Origin: Alphaproteobacteria bacterium
Lineage (GTDB): Bacteria > Pseudomonadota > Alphaproteobacteria > MPNO01 > UBA830
DNA length: 64,000 nt
Direction: 5' to 3'
Assembly (NCBI GenBank): GCA_965243135.1
Contig: OZ251539.1
Coordinates: 2,272,001 to 2,336,000, forward strand
Shown here: positions 1 to 10,429 of the stretch, in pieces
Layout: each line of letters begins with the position of its first letter
Position numbering within the stretch: the first letter of the stretch is position 1
Made by a program: the position numbers and the translations under genes
The notes under the pieces: generated by a model
The model's input: the letters and a program-made list of their open reading frames with translations, nothing else
Databases searched by the model: none
What the model was told of the DNA's origin: nothing

Positions 1-417
1 CAGCGCCGTAAGCACCCGGCGCGGGTTCTTTCGGTGAATCGCCATCCCGAGCCAGTAGGCCGCTTCCTCGCGCCCCATGGCTTCGATGCCTTCCGACACT
101 GCCCGCATGTTGTCTCGGCTGCGCATCGGAGCCAACGCGCGGAACAGCAGTCCCAGCGTCAACGCCAGATCCTCGTCCACCTCCCGTCTCCCGGCGCCGT
201 GCCCGACGCCCAATCGCGAAAGCCGCCGCAGCACGCGGTGCTCGATCAGTTCGAGGTTGCGGCCACGGAGCCCCGCGATCCGCAGAGCCGTTTTGACCTG
301 CGGCGTCGCGGGCGTCGGCATCTGCCAGATCTCGTACTCGGCGGCCGCCGGCCCGTGGCGGCGAACCCGCAATTCGTAACGGGGCGCAGGAACCTCTTTC
401 GCGGCCAGCGCCGTCAT
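1..417 (-). CDS. Small DUF499-system accessory protein (DUF3780/DUF7680-like), 3' end truncated by window edge
   Basis: Not in ORF track. ATG at 417 overlaps the DUF499 stop (ATGA). Reads MTALAAKEVPAPRYELRVRRHG...LGLLFRALAPMRSRDNMRAVSEGIEAMGREEAAYWLGMAIHRKNPRRVLTAL, the kind of small protein found after DUF499 ATPases. Confidence 0.7.
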   Translation of the reverse strand, partial: MTALAAKEVPAPRYELRVRRHGPAAAEYEIWQMPTPATPQVKTALRIAGLRGRNLELIEHRVLRRLSRLGVGHGAGRREVDEDLALTLGLLFRALAPMRSRDNMRAVSEGIEAMGREEAAYWLGMAIHRKNPRRVLTAL

Positions 418-3389
418 TTGCTGGCCTCCGCCGTCGCCGACACGTAGGCGGCGCCGCTTGCGAACCTGGAGAGCCGCTCGGTGAACTTGTCGGCCGCATC
501 GCCCTGCATCGACAAACCGTCTCCGAAGGCCAATTCGAACCCCGCTTCGAGGTTTCCGGAACTCGCATCGCGCAATTGCGGTTCGAGAAACTCTCGAACC
601 GGCTGCGCGTCCTCCACGGATCCTTGGAATTCCAGTTCGAAGGAGCCGCCGTCTCGCGTTTCGTAGCCACCTTTCAGTGTTACTTTCTTTTCCGCGCCCG
701 CTACGGTGCGCACCGCGGGCAATAGAGGAAAGGCGTCGCCCGCCTCGAACATCCGAATCGAGACCGAACCGACCGCCTCGACCTTCGCGGCGCGAGCCTG
801 CTCCCACAATTTCAGCAACGCCTCCCTCAGAAGGCCCTCGGCCGCGAACGAATGCGCTGCCGAAGAGTCGCCGCCGCTGTCTTTGCCGCTGCCGGCGGAC
901 GGCTCTGGCGGAGTCGGCGGAGAATCACCTATTGGACCGCTTGCCTCCTGGCGGGGCCAAATGCGGGCCTCGCGGGCATGCGCCATCGTGAAGATCACGG
1001 ACTGCTCGTCGATGACGATCGAAGCAGACGGATCCCCGGGCCCGTACACGAGGTCGCCCCGGCGATACACGTAATCCCCCTGTTCCACGCCTCTCCTGAC
1101 CCCGCGAACGAATATGTCGTCGCCGATCAGAACCGGCAACGCCGGGTCGCGCCGGAACTCGGCGCGCAGCGCCAACGCCGTCATCTCGCCTTTCCGGAGC
1201 GGCGTCCGGTCGCGCACGTAGGCAGGCGAATCGGGTTCGTCCTCGGACAACCGCAACTTCCCGAGATCGCGCAGCGCCCGCACGACCTGTCGCTGCCCGG
1301 CCCCTGGTTGGTCCGAAGCCGAATGCATGTCGATCGCCGAGTGTTCCAGATCGCCCTTCCCGGCGCGCGACGGATAGAACAAATGCCGGTAGCATTGCTG
1401 AATCGCGATCGCGAGCTCATGCTCTGACCGCGCTTCCATTTCCCGCACTTGCGCCTGCTGATACTCGGCCAGATCGGCGAGTCGTTCGGGTTTCTTCAAC
1501 TCCCGCAGCGCCAGACGATGCCGTGTCTTGCGCCGCATGTCGTCCTTGCGCGCCTCGTCGGCTACCGAAAACACCAGATTGTTGCGCAACGCTCTCAGGG
1601 CGGACCCTTCGGAGCCCTTGCGGGAATGGATGCGCTGGACGAGATCCGGAACGCTCTCGACGGAACCGCCGATCGTTACGCCATCGTAGGACAGCACCAC
1701 CAGATTCGGCCGCCCGTCGCCGACCTCGTCGGGAACGTCGAACGGCCCGCCGGGGAACGCCACCGTTTCGAAAGTCGGCCCTTTGAATATCTCGCGAATC
1801 CGGTCGTTGAGTTCGGCCCGGGCGTCTCCCGCATCTACATGCTCTTCTTCCCGCCGGACGATCTGGCGCAGATTGGCCTCCGCCAGAAAGCGCATCGGTA
1901 CGCCCGGCCTGTCGTCCAGATAAGCCGATTCGGCGAGGAACTTCTTCCGCGCTTCCTCGATGAAGCTGACATCCGTTGCCGGACCGAGCATCGAATAGCG
2001 CAACTGATCCGGCGACAGCCCTATGAGCCGTTCGTTGAAGGCAAGCGTGTGCATGAAGACGGTGCGGGCCGCATAGACCGTGTAGGGCGGCAAGCCGCCA
2101 TGGTGCTCCGCGTCGATCTCTTCGGCGAGCGCTTTCTTTTCTCCCGAGCCGGCGATGTCGCTGCCGATCGCCGGCGTATAGGCTCCTTGTTCGAGACGGG
2201 TGACGACCTCCTGGCGGATCGGCTCGTGACCGGGGTCGATGTGGTGAAGATGAATCGCTGTCGCGTCCGCCGGCCTTTCCTCCCACAGATGCGCGATTGT
2301 CCGGGCCAGCAGCCGCAGCATCCCCCGTACCCTTTGAAAACTTCCGAGAGTCGCTGTCTTGTCGGTCAGGGTTTTGAGCACTTCGGGATGAAAAGGGTAG
2401 CTCTTCCCGAACGTATCCGCGGTCTCGGGGAGGGAAGCGCTGTCCGGCAACGCTTCCCGGTTTGCCGCCCACAACGACCGATAGGTGCCGACGACCGAGC
2501 CGCTGTCGCCGATGGATTCGAACAGGCGGCGGCGAAGCACCTGCACCATTTCGTCGTCCTCGGTGGGATTCAACAGCGTCGCCTTGCGCGCCGAAACGCT
2601 TTTCGCCTGCTCCATCCTGTCGGCGATGATCTGGTTCTCCGCGCTGTAAGCGTCCGTCGCCACCCCGTCCTTGCCGATCGCCAGGGTGTAGACCAGAGCC
2701 GCGCCGGGCGCGCTTTCGACCGCCTTGATCAGTCCCGTCAGAAACGCCGTCAGCTGTTCGCCCTCGGCCAATTTGCTCGTCTTCCGCAAATAGACCGAAA
2801 GCTCGTCCAGCAGAATCAGGGTCGGTTCGCCGCCGAACAGCTCCCGCAACGTCTCCGCGCCGGGAGCGATCCGTTTCTCGTCGCTCTCGCGAACCCGTTC
2901 GTAACCTTGATTGCCGCCAAGCGCCCAGGCGATCTCCCCCCAAGGCGTGTACGCCTTCACGTCGTCGCTCATCTTCCGGCCGTTGGCCGGATCCGCGTTC
3001 TCGCCGTCGAAGGCCGCTATGCGGACGTTGCCCTTCGGCGCCAGCGACGGGTCGATGAACTCCTCGACGTTCGATACGCCGGCCATGCCGCCGGCGGCGT
3101 GCGCCAGCGCGATCAGTCCGTGCGTCTTGCCGCCGCCGTATGAAGTGTCGAGCCGGAAGACCGCCGCCGCCTCGCCCCCGGCGCCCGTTAATCGGCGGCA
3201 CACGTTGACAAGCACGTTGCGCAGACCTTGCGTGGGAAAGGTGTTGGCGAAGAAACGAACCGGGTCGACGTAGTCCGCGCTTCCCTTGCCGGTCAGCACC
3301 TGCGCGAGGTCGGCCGCGAAGTCCGCCTCCGCGATGCTTCCCGCCAGAACGTCCGCTCGCGGGCGGCAGGTCTCGAATATCGTCGTCAT
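414..3389 (-). CDS. DUF499 family AAA+ ATPase (restriction-like/BREX-related defence ATPase)
   Basis: N-terminus CRPRADVLAGSIAEADFAADL, FFANTFPT, Walker A LDTSYGGGKTH, Walker B LILLDEL, SYPFHPE, FQRVRGMLRLLA; probable start ATG 3389. Confidence 0.85.
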   Translation of the reverse strand: MTTIFETCRPRADVLAGSIAEADFAADLAQVLTGKGSADYVDPVRFFANTFPTQGLRNVLVNVCRRLTGAGGEAAAVFRLDTSYGGGKTHGLIALAHAAGGMAGVSNVEEFIDPSLAPKGNVRIAAFDGENADPANGRKMSDDVKAYTPWGEIAWALGGNQGYERVRESDEKRIAPGAETLRELFGGEPTLILLDELSVYLRKTSKLAEGEQLTAFLTGLIKAVESAPGAALVYTLAIGKDGVATDAYSAENQIIADRMEQAKSVSARKATLLNPTEDDEMVQVLRRRLFESIGDSGSVVGTYRSLWAANREALPDSASLPETADTFGKSYPFHPEVLKTLTDKTATLGSFQRVRGMLRLLARTIAHLWEERPADATAIHLHHIDPGHEPIRQEVVTRLEQGAYTPAIGSDIAGSGEKKALAEEIDAEHHGGLPPYTVYAARTVFMHTLAFNERLIGLSPDQLRYSMLGPATDVSFIEEARKKFLAESAYLDDRPGVPMRFLAEANLRQIVRREEEHVDAGDARAELNDRIREIFKGPTFETVAFPGGPFDVPDEVGDGRPNLVVLSYDGVTIGGSVESVPDLVQRIHSRKGSEGSALRALRNNLVFSVADEARKDDMRRKTRHRLALRELKKPERLADLAEYQQAQVREMEARSEHELAIAIQQCYRHLFYPSRAGKGDLEHSAIDMHSASDQPGAGQRQVVRALRDLGKLRLSEDEPDSPAYVRDRTPLRKGEMTALALRAEFRRDPALPVLIGDDIFVRGVRRGVEQGDYVYRRGDLVYGPGDPSASIVIDEQSVIFTMAHAREARIWPRQEASGPIGDSPPTPPEPSAGSGKDSGGDSSAAHSFAAEGLLREALLKLWEQARAAKVEAVGSVSIRMFEAGDAFPLLPAVRTVAGAEKKVTLKGGYETRDGGSFELEFQGSVEDAQPVREFLEPQLRDASSGNLEAGFELAFGDGLSMQGDAADKFTERLSRFASGAAYVSATAEASK

Positions 3390-3735
3390 GCCAACTCCGA
3401 ATTCCGGCAAGCCGTCGGTTCTGCGGCGAAACATTTACCGCATTGCCGGACATCGTGCATCATGCCCCCGAAATCGCCCCGGACGCCTTCGGGTCCCCGC
3501 CGTTATCCGCCGAACCCGCACCGAAGAAACCGCAGCCGGTCGGGCGCCTTCCTCGAACCGTCTCCGTCGCTGTCTCTCCCCTTGCCCGCGCCGCGCCCGA
3601 TCATGCTAAGCTGTCGGCGGCTGCCTCCCTGAATCCGCGTTCCGGTCCATCGCGACCTGACCGGCGCCTAGATGCCTCAGAATGCGGAGGCGGCCGCTCC
3701 AGCGCCTTGCGGGGAGTTTCGCGTTGACCGGCCTG

Positions 3736-6096
3736 ATGAACACCGGACCGTTCGGGCAACCGGTCCGGCGAATCGAGGATCGCACCCTCCTCGCCGGCGC
3801 CGGCCGCTTCGCCGACGACATCCATTTTCCGGACATGCTGCAGGCGGCCTTCGTCCGCAGCCCCTTAGCGCACGCCCGCGTCGGAAAAATCGACGCGGCG
3901 CGGGCCCGCGCCGCGCCCGGCGTGCGCGCAGTCCTCACGATGGCGGAACTCCGGCCGCGCCTGACCGATACCGTCCTTGCCGTCGGAATGCCGAGCAAGG
4001 ACTACCGGCAAACCCGGAACCGCCCGATCCTCGCCGACCGGGAGGTCTGCCACGTCGGCGAAGCGGTCGCGGCCGTCGTTGCCGAAAACCGCTACCTTGC
4101 CGAGGACGCCGCCGCGCTGGTGGAAGTCGATTACGACGCGCTGCCGGCTTCGGTCGATCCTGAAACGGCAGCGCGGCCAGGATCCCCGCTCGCGCACGCG
4201 GATGCCGAGCACAACGTTCTGGCCGAATTCTCCATGGGATACGGCGACGTGGACGGCAGTTTCCGAAAGGCGGCGCATGTCGTCCGGGAAAAGATGTCGA
4301 TCCACAAGGGACTCGGCATGGCGATCGAGGGACGGGGAGTCGTGGCCCGCTACGATTCTCTCGAAGACAGGCTGACGGTGTGGCTCGGAACCCAGATGCC
4401 CCACATGGCGCACCGCATGCTCGTCGCCCTGCTCGGCCGCAGCGAAACCGACACCCGGGTCGTGACCCCCGACATCGGCGGCGGCTTCGGCCCCAAGCTC
4501 GTGTTCTATCCAGAAGACGTCGTGGTCGCGGCGGCGGCGCTGCTGCTGAACGCTCCGGTCAAATGGATCGAAGACAGGCGCGAACACTTCACGGCGTCGA
4601 CGCAGGAACGCGACCAGATCTGGAACATGGAACTCGCGGCGGACGACCGCGGGCGCATTCTCGGCGTTCGCGGCACCATGATCCACGATCACGGCGCCTA
4701 TACCGCGCGCGGCGTCAACGTCGCGCAGAACGCCGGCAGCATCGTGCCGGGCCCCTACGAGGTTCCGAGCTACGCTCTCGACGTCAAGCTGGTGCTGACC
4801 AACAAGCCCTGCGTGACGCCGGTGCGCGGCGCCGGCTACCCGCAGGGCTGCTTCGTCATGGAACGCCTTATGGACAGGGCGGCGGCCGCGCTCGGCCTCG
4901 GCCGCGACGAGATTCGCAGGCGCAACCTGATCCGGCCGGACGACATGCCCTACACCCGCCCTCTGGCGAGCCGCGCCGATCCCGCGATCAGAATCGACGA
5001 AGCGGATTTTCCGAAGTGCCTGGAAACGGCGTTGCGCGAAGCGGGATGGGCGGAGTTTCCCGCCCGTCGGCGCGCGGCCGCGGCCGAGGGCCGCCGCATC
5101 GGCATCGGACTCGCCGCCTACCTCAAGGGTTCCGGCCGGGGGCCCTTCGAAGCGGCGTCCGTGCGGGTGGGGCCGTCCGGCCGCGTTCAGGTCGCGTCGG
5201 GAGCCGCGGCGATCGGCCAGGGCACCCGAACGATGCTGGCCCAGATCGTCGCGCAGGCGCTCGGCGTCGACATGTCGCGGATCGACGTCGCTATCGGCGA
5301 CACCTCGCTGATCCCCTACGGCATGGGAGCGGCATCGAGCCGCCAGGCGGTGACCGCGGGCTCTTCGGCGCGGGCCGCCGCGGAAAAAGTGCGCGACAAG
5401 GCGCTGCGGGTGGCCGCGCACCTCCTCGAAACCGCCGAGGACGATCTCGAAATCGCGGACGGCCGCGTCCACGTCAAAGGCGTGCCGGGGATGTCGATCG
5501 GCCTCGGCGAGATCGCCTCCAGGCTCGCCGGCGCCGCCACGGGCTTCGCGCTGCCGGGCGGGGAAAGCCCCGGCCTCGAAGCGCAGGAAGCGGTCCCGAT
5601 CGAGGGACTCGCGTTCTCGAACGGCGCCCATGCGGCCGTCGTCGAGGTGGACGAAGAGACCGGCGAAATCCGGGTGCTCGACTACGTCGTCGCCCACGAC
5701 TGCGGCGTGATGATCAATCCGCTGGCGATCGACGGCCAGATCGCCGGCGGCGCGGCGCACGGAATCGGCTTCGCCATGTTCGAGAAAATGGTCTGGGACG
5801 ACCAGGCGCAGCCGCAATCCACCAATCTCGCGGAGTACCTGGTGCCGGGCTCCGTCGAAGTGCCGAAAGTGACGATCGAGCACATCGTCGTGCCGTCTTC
5901 GCAAAATCCGCTCGGCGTCAAGGGCGTCGGCGAAAGCGGCCTCGTTCCCGTGCCGGCCGCCATCGCGTCGGCCGTGGAAGACGCGCTGTCCGAATACGGT
6001 GTGCGCGTCTCCGGAATACCGCTCGCGCCGTCCGACCTGCTTGGGTTGATTCGGAATTGCCGGTCGGGGGATAATGAGGGCCCGCGCACTACCTGA
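3736..6096 (+). CDS. Xanthine dehydrogenase/CoxL-like molybdopterin-binding large subunit
   Basis: RIEDRTLLAGAGRFADD, GGGFGPK, RGAGYPQ, DGQIAGG, NPLGVKGVGE motifs. Confidence 0.9.
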   Translation: MNTGPFGQPVRRIEDRTLLAGAGRFADDIHFPDMLQAAFVRSPLAHARVGKIDAARARAAPGVRAVLTMAELRPRLTDTVLAVGMPSKDYRQTRNRPILADREVCHVGEAVAAVVAENRYLAEDAAALVEVDYDALPASVDPETAARPGSPLAHADAEHNVLAEFSMGYGDVDGSFRKAAHVVREKMSIHKGLGMAIEGRGVVARYDSLEDRLTVWLGTQMPHMAHRMLVALLGRSETDTRVVTPDIGGGFGPKLVFYPEDVVVAAAALLLNAPVKWIEDRREHFTASTQERDQIWNMELAADDRGRILGVRGTMIHDHGAYTARGVNVAQNAGSIVPGPYEVPSYALDVKLVLTNKPCVTPVRGAGYPQGCFVMERLMDRAAAALGLGRDEIRRRNLIRPDDMPYTRPLASRADPAIRIDEADFPKCLETALREAGWAEFPARRRAAAAEGRRIGIGLAAYLKGSGRGPFEAASVRVGPSGRVQVASGAAAIGQGTRTMLAQIVAQALGVDMSRIDVAIGDTSLIPYGMGAASSRQAVTAGSSARAAAEKVRDKALRVAAHLLETAEDDLEIADGRVHVKGVPGMSIGLGEIASRLAGAATGFALPGGESPGLEAQEAVPIEGLAFSNGAHAAVVEVDEETGEIRVLDYVVAHDCGVMINPLAIDGQIAGGAAHGIGFAMFEKMVWDDQAQPQSTNLAEYLVPGSVEVPKVTIEHIVVPSSQNPLGVKGVGESGLVPVPAAIASAVEDALSEYGVRVSGIPLAPSDLLGLIRNCRSGDNEGPRTT

Positions 6097-6098
6097 CG

Positions 6099-7067
6099 GT
6101 GATGGACATGGCCAAGGACTACGCACCTGCCGGCGTGATTCCGGCAACCCTCGCCGCCTTCGATTCGGATTTCGCTTTCGACTGGAAGGAGACGCGCCGC
6201 CATCTCGCCTTCGTCGCGAGCGTGGATGGCGTCGACGCCGTCGCCGTAAACGGACACGCCTCGGAAGTGCACGCCTGCACGTTCGACGAGCAGGCCCGCA
6301 TGATGGACGAAGCCGCGGACGAAATCGGCGACCGGCTGCCGCTGATCTGCGGAGTCTACGCGGACGGCAGTCTGGAAGCGGCGCGCATCGCGAGGATGGC
6401 CGAAGCGCACGGCGCGTCGGCGTTGCTGTGTTTCCCGCCCCACTCGCTCGGCATGGGCGGCATTCGCCATCGCCCCGAAATGGGGGTCGCACACATGAAG
6501 GCGATCGCGGACGCCACCGACCTCCCGCTGATCGTGTTCCAGTACGCGAACGAACTCGCCTACCCGCTGGATGCGTTGGTGCGCATCTGCGAAGAAGTGC
6601 CGAGCGTCAAGGCGATCAAGGACTGGTCGCCGCCTCAGGTTCATGATCGCCACATCAAGACGCTGCACGGCCTGACCCGGCGCGTGAGCGTCCTGTCGAC
6701 GAACTCGGCCTGGCTGATGTCCTCGCTCGTCATGGGCGCGGACGGTTTGCTGTCGGGGGCGGGCTCGGTTATCGCCGACCTGCAGGTCGCATTGTTCCGG
6801 GCGGTGCGGGCGAAGGATCTCGCGGCCGCGCAGCGCACGGCGGACCGCATCTACCACACGACGCAAGTCTTCTATTGCGATCCGTTCGGCGACATGCACA
6901 ACCGCATGAAGGAAGCGCTGGTCGCGATGGGACGCCTCGACGGGCCGGCCGTCGTGCGGCCGCCGCTGATGAAACTCGACGTTTACGAAAGGGCGCGAAT
7001 CGCCAAGGCCATGACGGATGCCGGAATTACGCGGCACGGAGCCGCGCCGGCCCTGGCCGCCGAATAG
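6099..7067 (+). CDS. Dihydrodipicolinate synthase (DapA-like) family class I aldolase
   Basis: GVIPATL, NGHASE, PLIVFQY, AIKDW Schiff-base Lys, VRPPL. Confidence 0.85.
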   Translation: MMDMAKDYAPAGVIPATLAAFDSDFAFDWKETRRHLAFVASVDGVDAVAVNGHASEVHACTFDEQARMMDEAADEIGDRLPLICGVYADGSLEAARIARMAEAHGASALLCFPPHSLGMGGIRHRPEMGVAHMKAIADATDLPLIVFQYANELAYPLDALVRICEEVPSVKAIKDWSPPQVHDRHIKTLHGLTRRVSVLSTNSAWLMSSLVMGADGLLSGAGSVIADLQVALFRAVRAKDLAAAQRTADRIYHTTQVFYCDPFGDMHNRMKEALVAMGRLDGPAVVRPPLMKLDVYERARIAKAMTDAGITRHGAAPALAAE

Positions 7068-7371
7068 GGCGGCGCGGGAACGCGCACGCAAAGGAGCGCT
7101 TCGCGGACGTTCGCCGTTCCCGGCGTTTCCCGGACGCACGGGCAGAAGGCCTGGACCGGCCGAACGGCGCGGTTCCAGCAAAGCTTGTCCACACCGCGCC
7201 GCCGCTCGACCGTCGTTGCGGTTCACGCTGCGTTCGTCTTCCTTACGTCCGGGAAAGGAGCCGAACGGGCCGCCTGCCCTGCCCGCTCGTTCTCCTCCGG
7301 CCGACGGTTCCGCGCCTCGCAAGACGGACGCCAAATTGCATGCGGGACGCGCACGGACCGCTCGCCGCCCG

Positions 7372-8244
7372 TCATTCCTCGCGGCCGCCCAGAAACGCCT
7401 CCATCCAGTTGCGGTAACGCGCGTCCTTCGTGAGGCGTTTCAACGCCTCGGGCGAAACCGTTCCCTCGACCTCCGAAGGAGGGCTTCCGCCGCGCAACGC
7501 GCCGAGCGCATCGCGCGTCGCCTGCATCGCCGCCATGAAAGGCAGGTGTCCCTGCAAGCTGATCCTGACGCCGTTGGCCGCAAGATACTCGAGATCGCCC
7601 AAAACGCCTTCGCCCGAACCGCCGAGAAATACGGGAACGTCGATTTCGGTTCGCAACGCTTCGATCTCTTCCGCCGCCCGTACGCCGGTGAAGAAGACCG
7701 CATCGACCCCCGCCGCCCGATACGCCTTTCCTCGCGCCACCGCGTCGCCCAGTCCTCCCACGGCGGCGTTGGTGCGGCCGGCGATCACGAGTGACGGATC
7801 CCGGCGGCCCGACAACGCCGCCCGCATCTTTCCCACGCTCTCTTCGACGGACAGAAGCCGGGCGCCGCCCACCGTCCCGTACGGCTGCGGCAGATCGGTA
7901 TCTTCGATCGTAAGGGCGGCGACGCCCGCGTTTTCCAGTTCTTCCACGGTGCGCATCACGTTGAGCGCGTTGCCGTAACCGTGGTCGGCGTCGACGAGCA
8001 AGGGCATTTCGACGGCGCGGTTGATGCGGAGGGTCTGGTCCGCGAATTCCGTCAACGTAAGCAGGATCAAGTCCGGCGTGCCGAGCACCGCCATCGACGC
8101 CACGGAGCCCGCGAACATGCCGGTTTCGAAGCCCAGCTCTTCGGCGATTCGCGCCGAAAGCGGATCCCATACCGATCCCGGGTGAACGCAGCGCTCCTCC
8201 TCCAGGATCGCCCGAAAGGCCTCGCGGCGGCCTGCCCAGCGCAT
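7372..8244 (-). CDS. Isocitrate lyase/PEP mutase family protein (oxaloacetate decarboxylase-like)
   Basis: SVWDPLSARIAEELGFE, VDADHGYGNALNV, IEDT motifs. Confidence 0.88.
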   Translation of the reverse strand: MRWAGRREAFRAILEEERCVHPGSVWDPLSARIAEELGFETGMFAGSVASMAVLGTPDLILLTLTEFADQTLRINRAVEMPLLVDADHGYGNALNVMRTVEELENAGVAALTIEDTDLPQPYGTVGGARLLSVEESVGKMRAALSGRRDPSLVIAGRTNAAVGGLGDAVARGKAYRAAGVDAVFFTGVRAAEEIEALRTEIDVPVFLGGSGEGVLGDLEYLAANGVRISLQGHLPFMAAMQATRDALGALRGGSPPSEVEGTVSPEALKRLTKDARYRNWMEAFLGGREE

Positions 8245-8849
8245 ACGAACCTCCTTTGCGGCAAGCGGACGGCAACTTCAGACAAGCGAAACATACCCCA
8301 GACGCGTCTTCGACGCCTTGCTCCCCGGCATTTCGTTAAACCGGCAAGTTAACGAACGCTTGGAGAATCGCGCCGCCGCAGCCCGCAAGCGTCGCGCGGC
8401 CTCCCCGACGCTCGGCGAGTCGGACGGCTTGACGTCCGCGCGCCGGAAAACCTGGCAACCGCACTCTGCGTTCGGTTGCGGACGATCCCGGTTTCGGTCA
8501 GCGCATTGCAGCAAATCGGCGCTCGCTCCGAGACTCTTGCGCCGTACGTCCTGAAATCATGTTTCAGGAGCGCGGAATTTTCTTGCTCGGGTGCGGAAAA
8601 CTGCGAATCCTCCACGCCGAGAACGCCGTTTTCGCAGTCTAAAGCCGCTCCGCGACCGCATGTCCGCGCGCGGCCCGGTTTGCCCCGAATTCGCCGCGTG
8701 GCACGGGAGCGACAGTCCGTTTTCGTTCCTCAGTCGCCCGCCTGCGCGACCCTTGCGGGTCTGTCGGCGGGATCGACGATTCGCGGGGCGTCGAACGGGC
8801 GGCAGCCGACAAAAAATGGCTCAACGAGAACGCCTCCAACCCCTCCTCC

Positions 8850-8878
8850 TTGACGGCTCCGGCGCGGCAGCCTACTCT
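8850..8878 (+). promoter_or_regulatory. Sigma70-like promoter, probably leaderless transcript of the AAA/PD-(D/E)XK gene
   Basis: TTGACG-17 nt-TACTCT, then 6 nt to ATG 8885 with no Shine-Dalgarno; same arrangement at 49527-49555. Confidence 0.65.
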
Positions 8879-8884
8879 CTTCGG

Positions 8885-10429
8885 ATGACGAGACGCATGC
8901 TGCCGACCGGCATGACCTCCCTCCGGAAAATCCGGGGGATGGATTGCTACTACGTCGACAAGACGGATCATGTGCGCCGTCTCGTCGAGGGAGGTCAATA
9001 TTATTTTCTGTCGCGCCCGCGCCGGTTCGGCAAGACCCTGCTGGTGGACACGCTGCAGAAGTTATTCGAGGGCTGCGAGGAGTTGTTCCGGGGCCTCGCC
9101 GTGCACGGCAAATGGGACTGGTCGGCGCAGCATCCGGTCGTGCGGATCAGCTTCGGCGGCGGCAATTTCGACTCCCCGGACCTCATTCGGGGCAACGTGG
9201 AAGACCAGTTGGAGGAAACGGAGCGGCTGGCCGGCCTCGAACCGGGATCTGCCGAGGCGGCAGTCCGTTTCCGGCGCCTGATAAGGACGCTGCACGAGCG
9301 CACCGGACAGCGGGCGGTCGTTCTGGTGGACGAATACGACAAGCCGATCCTGGACGCGCTCGGCGACCGGGAACTCGCGCGGGCCAACCGCGATTTCCTG
9401 CGCGGCTTCTACGCGATGATCAAGGAGTGCGACGAGCATCTCCGTTTCGTTTTCCTGACGGGAGTGAGCAAGTTCTCGCGAGCGGGCATTTTCTCGGGTC
9501 TGAACAACCTGATCGACATCACGCTGGAGCCGGAGTTCTCGGACATTTGCGGCTACACGGACGCGGAACTGGACACGGTCTTCGCCCCGGAACTCGAGGG
9601 TCTGGACCGGGACGAGATCCGCCGCTGGTACAACGGCTACAACTGGCGCGGGCCGGAGAAGGTCTACAATCCGTTCGACGTTCTCCTCCTCTTCAGAATG
9701 CGCGAGGTCGGGCCGTACTGGTTCGAGACCGGGACGCCGACTTTCCTTGTCGACCTTCTGTCGCGGCGCCGGGTCGCGACGCCGGCCCTGGAGGGCATGT
9801 TCGCGGACGACGCGCTGCTGTCGGCGATCGACGTCGACCGCATCCCCGTCGAGGCGCTGCTGTTCCAAACCGGCTACCTGACCATCGTCGGCGAAAAGCA
9901 GGATGAGGACGCCCGCCTCTACCAACTGGACTACCCGAACCAGGAGGTGAAGCGCAGCGTGAACGCGCTCCTGCTGGAAGCGATGGCGCCGGACGTCACG
10001 GTCGCGGCGGAGAGCCGGGAGTTGCGCCGCCTGATGCGGGCGAACGACTTCGCGGGCCTCGAGCGACGGTTCCGGGCGTTCCTGGCGAGCATCCCGAACG
10101 AGTGGTACGCGAACACCGGCATGGCGGGCTACGAGGCGCACTACGCGAGCGTGTTCTACTCGCACTTCGTGGCGGCGGGGATGGACGTCCGCGCGGAGGA
10201 GAGCACGGCGCGCGGCCGCTCGGACCTCGTGGTCCTGTACGATGGCGGCGTCTACCTGTTCGAGTTCAAGGTCGCGGACGGGAAGCCGGAAGGCCGGGCG
10301 CTGGCGCAGATACGGGAACGCGGCTACGCGGACAAGTACCGGCGTCCGGGCCAACCTGTCCACTTGATCGGCATCGAGTTCGGCCGGGAGGAGCGCAACA
10401 TCGTCGGGTTCGAGTTCGAGACCGTCTGA
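8885..10429 (+). CDS. AAA-ATPase-like protein with C-terminal PD-(D/E)XK nuclease (PDDEXK_9-type)
   Basis: YYVDKT, SRPRRFGKT (Walker A), VLVDEYDKP, TGVSKFS, WYNGY, YNPF, GRSDL...FEFK...ALAQIRERGY. Confidence 0.9.
   Translation: MTRRMLPTGMTSLRKIRGMDCYYVDKTDHVRRLVEGGQYYFLSRPRRFGKTLLVDTLQKLFEGCEELFRGLAVHGKWDWSAQHPVVRISFGGGNFDSPDLIRGNVEDQLEETERLAGLEPGSAEAAVRFRRLIRTLHERTGQRAVVLVDEYDKPILDALGDRELARANRDFLRGFYAMIKECDEHLRFVFLTGVSKFSRAGIFSGLNNLIDITLEPEFSDICGYTDAELDTVFAPELEGLDRDEIRRWYNGYNWRGPEKVYNPFDVLLLFRMREVGPYWFETGTPTFLVDLLSRRRVATPALEGMFADDALLSAIDVDRIPVEALLFQTGYLTIVGEKQDEDARLYQLDYPNQEVKRSVNALLLEAMAPDVTVAAESRELRRLMRANDFAGLERRFRAFLASIPNEWYANTGMAGYEAHYASVFYSHFVAAGMDVRAEESTARGRSDLVVLYDGGVYLFEFKVADGKPEGRALAQIRERGYADKYRRPGQPVHLIGIEFGREERNIVGFEFETV

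Noticed and set aside
8549-8569. Palindrome TCCTGAAA-TCATG-TTTCAGGA as an operator
   Set aside because: Single occurrence with no linked regulator; cannot be supported
8591-8884. Long N-terminal extensions given by the ORF track (also 19633, 17168-18292, 41023, 44538, 61516)
   Set aside because: Low-complexity Arg/Pro/Ala sequence; family homology, RBS or promoters indicate downstream starts
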